The translations under genes and the position numbers were made by a program. Below are positions 56,899 to 64,000 of a DNA stretch of 64,000 nucleotides, piece after piece (position 1 is the stretch's first letter; every line of letters starts with the position of its first letter). The DNA comes from a virus: the IMG/VR virus record IMGVR_UViG_3300044697_000009, positions 21,262-85,261 of that record; one strand, 5' to 3'. The notes under the pieces are model-generated. The model saw only the letters and a list, made by a program, of their open reading frames with translations. It did no database searches and had not been told where the DNA came from.

Positions 56899-57322
56899 CG
56901 CACCTAAGGACTCTTGGATCATTACTACAGCAAATACAAAATCAAAGTATTGGCCGGGACTATTAGCTAATATTAAATCTGAATTCCCCGAATCATTTAA
57001 ACAATTTATGGTTCATTGTGATTGTTTTGATGAGGCATTGATTTGCCCAACAATTGTATGTAGTCCTGAAAATGGTAAAAGACTAGTGTTTTTATTGACA
57101 TCTGACGGATTTAACAAAAAAGATAATACTAAATACAAAGTTTTTAAGAATCTTGCTAATAGTATTGAAGACTTATTCTCTATGTACGAAGTCCCTAAAG
57201 AAATTTACTCAGATAATCTTTGTGGTGAGATTTTTAAACTCCAGCCCGAAGGTGTTGAAGAATTATTGTTGAGTTTTATGGATAAATATGATGTGATTTG
57301 GAATATGTGTGATGAAAAATAA
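56861..57322 (+). CDS. Degenerate macro-domain-like protein
   Basis: NLLDAP...IITTAN...IKSEFP...FLLTS...LCGEIF follows the macro-domain pattern, but the Gly-rich loops are altered. Confidence 0.5.
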   Translation: MGRLYHKKINLLDAPKDSWIITTANTKSKYWPGLLANIKSEFPESFKQFMVHCDCFDEALICPTIVCSPENGKRLVFLLTSDGFNKKDNTKYKVFKNLANSIEDLFSMYEVPKEIYSDNLCGEIFKLQPEGVEELLLSFMDKYDVIWNMCDEK

Positions 57323-58301
57323 ACTCTCTCATTCTAGTATTACGATGTATCTTGAATCATCTATGAAGTGGTTCTTGCATTATCGTGAGAAAATCCGACC
57401 AGTTAAGACTAAATCAGCGTTAGTGTTTGGTAATGCACTTGACGCAGCATTCAATAGTTTGTTACAGCATAGAAACTTATCTAAAGCAATGCAAGTCTTT
57501 ATGTATCGTATGAAAAACGTTATAATAAATAATAAACGGGTGAAGATCGATGAAACTGATTTAGTGATATATACAAAAAATGATTTAGACCAGGAATTAC
57601 TTGAATATTTCAAAGCGACAGAACACAGTAATCCTCAATGGATGTCACTATGCTTAAAAGGTAAATTAATAGTTGAGGCGTATTATAACGAAGTCCTTCC
57701 AAGGATTAAAGACGTCCTAAGTATTCAAAAACGTGTACGGCTTGAAAATGCTGATGGAGATAGTATTGAAGGAAAGCTAGACGCGATAGTGAGGTGGGAA
57801 GACGGCAATGTTTATCTCGTGGATAATAAATCCTCTACAGTTAGATATACTCCTGAAAGTGTTAAAGAAAGTAATCAACTAGCATTGTATAATTACATCG
57901 AGAAAGATAATTATCCAATTAATGCTTGTGGGTTCATAGTATTGAATAAAAACATTAATAAAAACAAGACTAAGACTTGTATATCATGTGGATACGTGAC
58001 TCAATCAAATCATAAGAAATGTAATAACGAAGTCAATGGAAAACGCTGCAATGGTGAATTCATAGTACAGATCCATCCAACAGTAAGTATTGAATACATA
58101 TTTGATGTTCTTGGTGATTCCGATGGTGAAAGAGTAATTGAAGAATTTGATAAAGTCAATAACTTAATCCATAATGGTGAGTTTAAATGTCCTGGTGATA
58201 ACTGTAAATCAAAATTCGGTGTATGTCAATATTGGAACTATTGTAGAACTGGTGATATGACTGGATTAGTTAAACTCCCAGAGCGGAAACGAAAACGATG
58301 A
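57309..58301 (+). CDS. PD-(D/E)xK (RecB/Cas4-like) exonuclease
   Basis: LSHSSI, FGNALD, GKLD, VDNKS, QLALY and a C-terminal Cys cluster. Confidence 0.8.
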   Translation: MMKNKLSHSSITMYLESSMKWFLHYREKIRPVKTKSALVFGNALDAAFNSLLQHRNLSKAMQVFMYRMKNVIINNKRVKIDETDLVIYTKNDLDQELLEYFKATEHSNPQWMSLCLKGKLIVEAYYNEVLPRIKDVLSIQKRVRLENADGDSIEGKLDAIVRWEDGNVYLVDNKSSTVRYTPESVKESNQLALYNYIEKDNYPINACGFIVLNKNINKNKTKTCISCGYVTQSNHKKCNNEVNGKRCNGEFIVQIHPTVSIEYIFDVLGDSDGERVIEEFDKVNNLIHNGEFKCPGDNCKSKFGVCQYWNYCRTGDMTGLVKLPERKRKR

Positions 58302-58359
58302 AACCTATTACAGATACAGAGATTTCAGATTGTAAAACTTTTTTAGAATATGGCGAATT

Positions 58360-59154
58360 ATGAAGATATGGCAGAGTTATTTCGATAGTAACGGATTGTT
58401 GTGTCAAAAAGGTCCAACATTTGATGGAGGAGATACTCCATGTCATTCTGGGTTATGCTATTCAGCGAAGTATCTTGGTTGTGATTTTCCTACAACTACG
58501 CGTATATTGGACTGTTATAGAAAATTAACAACATCGTCGGGATTATTATTTAGAAATCCTGTGAATTACAATAATCCAAGTGATACATCAAGAGATCAAT
58601 ACGTTGGATTTGTGTGTGGATTATTAATAAATTATTATCGTTCATTGGTTTATGAATTATATGATGCATTACCTAGAAATTTTCTAAAATGGCCAGTTTA
58701 TCCAAATGGCGACTTATTTACAATCCAAGACTATGTATTGTTTAATAGATATAAAGTTTCTCGTTTTGTTCGTGAAATCGGAGACTTTCTACTTTTACTT
58801 GAAGTCCTAGTACAATGTTTTTGGACTACTAGAGTTCCAGGCAAGATAGCTACATTCTTGTATAAACTCACTAAGTGGAATTGGTTATTATATAACGCCA
58901 GTCCTAATGCTGAAGGTGTTCCTCAAGACCCTCGTGGGCCAGAAAGCACTAGTAATGATTTAAACGTATTTCATCAACTTCTAGTATCAAAGCTTATTCA
59001 GCCGAGTCTTATGAGTCGCATAGCCTCTAAAATCTATGCCTGTTACCGTCCTAAAGGCATTCAGTACGCATTTGATTCGTATTTTGAGGGAGATATGTCA
59101 CCCCCTGTAAACATTCTCTTAAAACCTGTTATAAAGCGTTATTTCTATGCTTAG
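58360..59154 (+). CDS. Hypothetical protein
   Basis: 264 aa with DGGDT and SRDQ motifs; function not recognised. Confidence 0.65.
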   Translation: MKIWQSYFDSNGLLCQKGPTFDGGDTPCHSGLCYSAKYLGCDFPTTTRILDCYRKLTTSSGLLFRNPVNYNNPSDTSRDQYVGFVCGLLINYYRSLVYELYDALPRNFLKWPVYPNGDLFTIQDYVLFNRYKVSRFVREIGDFLLLLEVLVQCFWTTRVPGKIATFLYKLTKWNWLLYNASPNAEGVPQDPRGPESTSNDLNVFHQLLVSKLIQPSLMSRIASKIYACYRPKGIQYAFDSYFEGDMSPPVNILLKPVIKRYFYA

Positions 59155-59359
59155 TTTGTTTTTATTATCTATCCTTGCTCAAGGAAGTCCTGTACATTCG
59201 TGTAACCAAAAAGTATATGACATAATCTATAAACGAATTATACAAGACTCTATGACTAAACCTGATGACAAGGAATCAATGGATCTCAGGAATAATGCTA
59301 TAGAAGCACTACGTCTTCTCTGTAATGGACAGAAAAGTAAATACGAAACTAATAAATAA
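59147..59359 (+). CDS. Small exported protein
   Basis: Signal-like N-terminus. Confidence 0.45.
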   Translation: MLSLFLLSILAQGSPVHSCNQKVYDIIYKRIIQDSMTKPDDKESMDLRNNAIEALRLLCNGQKSKYETNK

Positions 59360-59364
59360 TTTAC

Positions 59365-59393
59365 TTGACTTTTTGCTTAAATTGTGGTATAGT
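59365..59393 (+). promoter_or_regulatory. Sigma70-type promoter for the replication/recombination genes
   Basis: TTGACT-17-TATAGT with TG extension. Confidence 0.8.
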
Positions 59394-59425
59394 ATATTTC
59401 TGTTTTGATGAAAAAGGAGTTTCCT

Positions 59426-59728
59426 ATGGGACGTAAAAAAGAACAGGAAGAATTAGAACTCAATAATTCTGTTGAACCTGAATCAGAAATCTCACAATCC
59501 GTTTCGACTCAATCTCAAGACCCCAACGGTAATGTTCTCTATACCCACGAAAGTCTTGGTATTTTTAAAGACATGAAAACTGGTGAATGGAAAGTCGCCT
59601 GTATCAAGTTTAATCCAGATACGTCTGAAGCCAAGATGTATGATGTCATTACATGTGGTTATAAAGACTTTGCTATTGAGAGATTTAAAATCGAATCAAG
59701 TAAACGTGTTATGAGAAACGAGAGGTAA
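59426..59728 (+). CDS. Hypothetical protein
   Basis: AAGGAG SD before ATG 59426. Confidence 0.6.
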   Translation: MGRKKEQEELELNNSVEPESEISQSVSTQSQDPNGNVLYTHESLGIFKDMKTGEWKVACIKFNPDTSEAKMYDVITCGYKDFAIERFKIESSKRVMRNER

Positions 59729-60264
59729 TGATGAAAACATATAAAACTAAAAAAGGTACAGAACTTCAGTTAATGCAACTCAAAGGTAAAGACTACATGA
59801 TGGTGGCATACCGCGTTGCTTGGCTTGTTGATGAATGTGACTCGTACTCAATCGACACAGAAATTTTGTCCCATGATGCCGAACATGCCACAGTCAAAAC
59901 GACCCTTAAGATCTTTGATAAAGACGGTAAACTTGTGAAATCAACGCAAGCAACAAAAACCGAACACAAGAAGGATTTCAATGATTTCCTAGAAAAAGCG
60001 GAGACCGGGAGCCTTGGACGTGCATTGAGTTATGCTGGATTTGGTACGCAGTTCGCAGTCGCTGACATGGACGAAGGCGCCAGGATTGTGGATACCCCGC
60101 TAGAAGCGACATCTGGGCAATCGAAGGAATCGTCACCAACCGTCCGGCGCTCTTCGTTCCGCAAGCCAGCTAAAGACGCGGCACCGGCAGAATCTCAATC
60201 TACTCCCACTCAAGCGGTTGAAACCTCAAATGGTAATGGAGCTACAAGCTTCAATAAATGGTGA
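59728..60264 (+). CDS. Rad52-like single-strand annealing protein
   Basis: KGKDYMMVAYRV...EKAETGSLGRAL...GFG followed by a disordered tail. Confidence 0.7.
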   Translation: MMKTYKTKKGTELQLMQLKGKDYMMVAYRVAWLVDECDSYSIDTEILSHDAEHATVKTTLKIFDKDGKLVKSTQATKTEHKKDFNDFLEKAETGSLGRALSYAGFGTQFAVADMDEGARIVDTPLEATSGQSKESSPTVRRSSFRKPAKDAAPAESQSTPTQAVETSNGNGATSFNKW

Positions 60265-60267
60265 TCT

Positions 60268-60576
60268 ATGCTTAAAGAAGTCAGAGACAAGCTTAAAGCT
60301 ATGAGTCTTGAATTGTATGGAGCAAGTAGTAAATGGAATAAACTTTTGAATCAACCTGAAATCATCATAGAAGAAACAGAACACAACGGCGTTAAGGTTA
60401 AGACAAAGACTACGAAGTATCATACAGTTGATGAATTGATCCAAGAAATGGAAAAAGCAATCGAAACAAAGCGTATAGAAAACACGCGAAAGGAAGAAAA
60501 TGAGCGACGAGTCAGGGAAGCAAGACTTGCAAAAGGAATCCCAACCGGAGACGCAACAGGAGAATCAGCAGATTGA
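60268..60576 (+). CDS. Hypothetical protein
   Basis: 102 aa ORF. Confidence 0.5.
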   Translation: MLKEVRDKLKAMSLELYGASSKWNKLLNQPEIIIEETEHNGVKVKTKTTKYHTVDELIQEMEKAIETKRIENTRKEENERRVREARLAKGIPTGDATGESAD

Positions 60577-60925
60577 TGCACTACAAAACGCTTTGTCTCA
60601 AGGTGATGCGCAGCAGGTAGATCAGCACGATCCATTAGATACTCATGCTCAATTATTCCATCTATATACTCCTCGTCTTCGAGGCATGCTTAATATGATG
60701 AATAAAAAAGCATTGATTCGATTGTTGTTCAGTCTAATTCAATTCCCTTTGCAAGAAGGCGAACTTAAAACTAGAAGTAAACTTGAAAAAGATGCATTTC
60801 AAATCTCAGATCAGATGCTTACATCTAAATACTTGATGGTGTTAGGTACTTATCTTCAGATTGAAACTGAAAACGCTAAAAAACTTGAAACTAATTCTAT
60901 AGAAGGAGAAACAAATGGCAGGTAA
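60500..60925 (+). CDS. Hypothetical protein
   Basis: AAGGAAG SD; overlaps the previous ORF. Confidence 0.55.
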   Translation: MSDESGKQDLQKESQPETQQENQQIDALQNALSQGDAQQVDQHDPLDTHAQLFHLYTPRLRGMLNMMNKKALIRLLFSLIQFPLQEGELKTRSKLEKDAFQISDQMLTSKYLMVLGTYLQIETENAKKLETNSIEGETNGR

Positions 60926-61187
60926 ATATAAACGTTCTATTATTGGAAGTATCGTCAAATCTAAAGACCCCAACAAACCTCCGTATATGAAAATCAACGG
61001 GAGTCATACGTTGAAAGACGGTCAGTATCTCAATCTTGAGAACAAAGATTTTCAACTCTCAAGTCTTGATGAAGCATTGAAGGCTGGTCGTATGTCTCCT
61101 GAAACTGTCGCTGAAGCTAAGGCTCGGATTGGTAATATTCCCTCGTTTGTTTTGTATCATGTCGTGAGTGTTTCTAAAGACGAATAA
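60915..61187 (+). CDS. Hypothetical protein
   Basis: AAGGAG SD, 90 aa. Confidence 0.6.
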   Translation: MAGKYKRSIIGSIVKSKDPNKPPYMKINGSHTLKDGQYLNLENKDFQLSSLDEALKAGRMSPETVAEAKARIGNIPSFVLYHVVSVSKDE

Positions 61188-61193
61188 CTCTAA

Positions 61194-61348
61194 AGTGTGA
61201 GCGGCGTGGTAGCTGAATCTGGGCGCTGTATGGCACCTGGTACTGGAGACACGCGGGGAGCATCAATGACCTTTCTAAAGGCCCGGATAGGTGTAAGGTT
61301 GAAATTTGCAATACCCTATCTAGTCGGAGTAGCGCCCGACCCACACTA
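61194..61348 (+). ncRNA. Candidate tRNA-shaped multi-arm ncRNA (~155 nt)
   Basis: AGTGTG/CACACT closing stem, GCGTG/CACGC arm, GATAGG/CCTATC arm, and terminal GTCGG-AGTAGCGC-CCGAC arm. Confidence 0.55.
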
Positions 61349-61363
61349 TCAAAAGGATAAGAT

Positions 61364-61687
61364 ATGCATGCAAAAGAAGCAAGGGAAATAGTCGAAGACT
61401 TCGCAAAAAACTACGTACCAAAACGAAGAGAAAAGTTAATGGCGGAGATTCGAAAGAAAGCTCAAAATGGATACAATGTTTTGTATTTCAGCGAGTACTG
61501 GGTTGATCCTGATGACTATGGGTATTTGAAACTTCTTGGTTATACTGTAGAAGAACCTAAATATGAAAGTGTTCAATCACTGCAAGGAATTCAGCAACAA
61601 GCATACCCAACAATATATAATCCATATTGGTATCCAAGTCAAATAAATCAAGGCATAACATATATAGAAGGAAAAATAGAATGGTAA
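61364..61687 (+). CDS. Hypothetical protein
   Basis: AAGGA SD, 107 aa. Confidence 0.6.
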   Translation: MHAKEAREIVEDFAKNYVPKRREKLMAEIRKKAQNGYNVLYFSEYWVDPDDYGYLKLLGYTVEEPKYESVQSLQGIQQQAYPTIYNPYWYPSQINQGITYIEGKIEW

Positions 61688-63642
61688 AATACATTCGTCT
61701 TTGTGAAGGATTGAATGATAAAGGTAAATTGATTTCTCCAGAAGAAATCTCAGATTATATTAATACAGTTGAAAGTCGTGAACATGATTGGTATTCAAGT
61801 ATTTATTACTATACTGATAAACATTTAGAACAATTTCAAAAAACAGGAACTATATCAGGTATTACTGATGTAAAGACTGATAAACTCGTATTTGATTTTG
61901 ATTCAAAACAAGATATCGAAATGGCTAGAACCGATACAATTGAAGCGATTTCTAGGCTTGAGAAATTCGGAATCAAAGATGAAAGTATTGAGATCTATTT
62001 CTCAGGTCAAAAAGGATTTTCGTTAGTAGTTCCTTTAGAAAAAGAACTCACTCCACAACAATTATCTGATATTGCTATTAATAAAATAGGCTACGGTCTT
62101 AAAACTCTTGACACGAGTATCTACAACGCTAGTCGTATCTTTAGACTCCCTGGTACAAGGCATCAAGCTTCTGGACTCTATAAAATTCCGTTAGATAAGA
62201 TCGATATTCAAGAACTTCCTATTGAAAGCATAAAAGAACTTGCGTCTCAATTCTATGACGTAGAATCTAGGACTCCGGCCAAACCATTGCCTGAATTATT
62301 CGAAACTGAAACCATTGATGTTACTCCCGAAGTAGCTGATACAGATTTCGAAGTTGATTATTCAAAAAAACCAAGCCGATGGACAAATTGTAAATGGAGT
62401 ATTGCTCAAGGTAACTTTGGTCCTGGAGAACGTCATACGGCACTCACGATATTAGCTGCAACATGCCGTGGGTTCGGATTTACAAAAGACATGACATACG
62501 ACATTTGTAAAGGCGCGCTTCGTAGGAGTCATGAAAAATTTGGTAAAGGTGGCACGACTAAAGACGAATTATACGAGAATATTATAGAACAAAGTATTTT
62601 CGGTGATAATTGGAAAGGTGGCCAGTACACCTGTAAGAAAGATCCATGGCTTAAACTGTATTGTGAAAGCTTAGGCGAACATAAATGTGAAGCACCAGAA
62701 GACGATGCTCCGTTATGTATGCCAATGGATAAGATGTGGAAAGACTTCATTGATTACGCAGAGAACTTTGAAAAGAATTTAATTAAAGTTGGTCTTGAGA
62801 GTTTTGATTCCAACGTCGTTTTGACTACTTCGGCACTTTACGGATTACTTGGTGCTCCTGGTGCAGCTAAAACTACTGTAGCACTTCAGTTCTTAAGGAA
62901 TGCGTCTAAACAAGGAATTCCTTCCATGTTCTTTTCAATGGATATGGGGAATCGTCCGATCTGTGCAAAACTGATACAAAATGAAACTGGTATTCCTTAC
63001 AGAAGTTGTCTTGAACTTGTCAAAGCAAATAAAAACCGAGCTATAGATTTGATGAAACAAATCTCACCTAAATATGAAAACGTTGCTATGAGTTTTAAAT
63101 GCGGATTAAATGTTGAGCAGATTCGTGAAGGTATTGAAGAACAAAACAAGATAAACGGTCCTGGTAACGAAGTAAAGTTCGTCGTGATTGACTATCTTGA
63201 GAACATCTCGTCTCAGTATTCAGATCAAACAGCAAGTACTGGATACATAGCTAATTGTCTTAAAGACCTTGCGACAGAATTAAATGTCTGTATCTTGTTG
63301 TTACTTCAGACGCAAAAACATTCAACACCTGAGGTCTCAGATCCACTTCTTAATCTCCGTGGGGTTAAAGGCTCAAGTCTGATCGAACAAGCTTGTAGTT
63401 GCATCATAAGTATTTGGAGAGAAGGTTACGGACCTCAGTACAAAGACAATGATAAATACCTATCCATGGCCGTTATCAAGAATCGTTTCGGTGAATTATG
63501 GAGAGGTGATTTTTCTTGGGAAGGTAAACGTGGTCAGATTTCTGAATTATCAGAAGAACAAGAAGTCGAATTAAAGGATTTTCTTAAATCAAAAGAAGAA
63601 ATGAAACGAAGTACGAATAATAACTTTAATAAGTGGGATTGA
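61681..63642 (+). CDS. AEP-type primase fused to a DnaB-like SF4 helicase
   Basis: VFDFD, FSGQKGF, RIFRLPGTRH (AEP); GAPGAAKT, FFSMDM, VVIDYL, KGSSLIEQ, KNRFG (SF4). Confidence 0.85.
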   Translation: MVKYIRLCEGLNDKGKLISPEEISDYINTVESREHDWYSSIYYYTDKHLEQFQKTGTISGITDVKTDKLVFDFDSKQDIEMARTDTIEAISRLEKFGIKDESIEIYFSGQKGFSLVVPLEKELTPQQLSDIAINKIGYGLKTLDTSIYNASRIFRLPGTRHQASGLYKIPLDKIDIQELPIESIKELASQFYDVESRTPAKPLPELFETETIDVTPEVADTDFEVDYSKKPSRWTNCKWSIAQGNFGPGERHTALTILAATCRGFGFTKDMTYDICKGALRRSHEKFGKGGTTKDELYENIIEQSIFGDNWKGGQYTCKKDPWLKLYCESLGEHKCEAPEDDAPLCMPMDKMWKDFIDYAENFEKNLIKVGLESFDSNVVLTTSALYGLLGAPGAAKTTVALQFLRNASKQGIPSMFFSMDMGNRPICAKLIQNETGIPYRSCLELVKANKNRAIDLMKQISPKYENVAMSFKCGLNVEQIREGIEEQNKINGPGNEVKFVVIDYLENISSQYSDQTASTGYIANCLKDLATELNVCILLLLQTQKHSTPEVSDPLLNLRGVKGSSLIEQACSCIISIWREGYGPQYKDNDKYLSMAVIKNRFGELWRGDFSWEGKRGQISELSEEQEVELKDFLKSKEEMKRSTNNNFNKWD

Positions 63643-63643
63643 T

Positions 63644-63958
63644 ATGGATAAAGAACAAGTTCCTGATCTCTTTACCGTAACATTCGTCGGTGAGTATCTT
63701 GAGATTATTTGTAAATTCCAACGGGAGATGATCGAAGAAACCGAACACGGAGTATACCGTGAAATAGCTCCTGGTGTTGTCCATGGATATCTCATAGATT
63801 TCGATGATAAGTATTATTTCCTTGGCGATGACAAAAGAGTTATTACTCGTTGCCTTGATAGATCTGAAGTCTCATATATCGAAGTAATTGAAGAACAAAA
63901 TGAGTATGATAAAATCTTAGATCATATGCCGATTCCCGGTGAAAACGAGTCGAACTAA
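63644..63958 (+). CDS. Hypothetical protein
   Basis: 104 aa acidic ORF. Confidence 0.55.
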   Translation: MDKEQVPDLFTVTFVGEYLEIICKFQREMIEETEHGVYREIAPGVVHGYLIDFDDKYYFLGDDKRVITRCLDRSEVSYIEVIEEQNEYDKILDHMPIPGENESN

Positions 63959-64000
63959 TGTATGATAAACTCATATTTGGAAAAAATAATACCGAGAATG
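63958..64000 (+). CDS. 5' end of the next gene (truncated by the window)
   Basis: TAATG-coupled MYDKLIFGKNNTEN... Confidence 0.45.
   Translation, partial: MYDKLIFGKNNTEN

Noticed and set aside
57309-58301. Cas4 as part of a CRISPR system
   Set aside because: No array or other cas genes; it lies in the recombination/replication module.
61197-61391. 64-aa ORF with a GTG start
   Set aside because: No SD, overlaps a better ORF, and coincides with the structured RNA candidate.
1-64000. Stop-codon reassignment or prophage boundaries
   Set aside because: Core genes are intact in the standard code, and no integrase, att site or host housekeeping block is seen.

Overview
This 64 kb window is a segment of a tailed dsDNA bacteriophage genome in the standard genetic code. 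It looks podovirus-like (P22/T7-type head and tail hub), and no integrase is visible. The left arm (1-27.6 kb, minus strand) is the virion module: terminase, portal, tail fibres, three Gly-rich adhesin paralogs, scaffold, major capsid, adaptor and a large nozzle-like protein running off the window. It is followed by an M15 endolysin, a HAD phosphatase, a VTC-domain protein and a GIY-YIG gene. A non-coding strand switch at about 31.6-32.2 kb carries inverted 10-mers, an IHF-like site and a sigma54-type promoter. The right arm (plus strand) has tRNA-Ile(UAU), an AAA+/DUF3150-like/vWA-metallopeptidase operon, many small ORFs and a phiEco32-like peptide-ligase set. It continues with HNH-AP2, UDG, a PD-(D/E)xK nuclease, an annealing protein and a primase-helicase. 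The most unusual observations are: (1) two families of small SH3-like paralogs with conserved ends and variable cores; (2) one of these paralogs carries an inserted 30-aa copy of the capsid N-terminal arm (23/30 identical, many synonymous changes), and a second capsid-arm-like protein lies before the scaffold; (3) an HNH nuclease fused to a Mom-like DNA-modification domain, in its own transcription unit; (4) several candidate structured ncRNAs; (5) a phage-specific late-promoter motif TTAATAACTATAT. All family assignments come from recognising motifs by eye, and no searches or folding programs were run.
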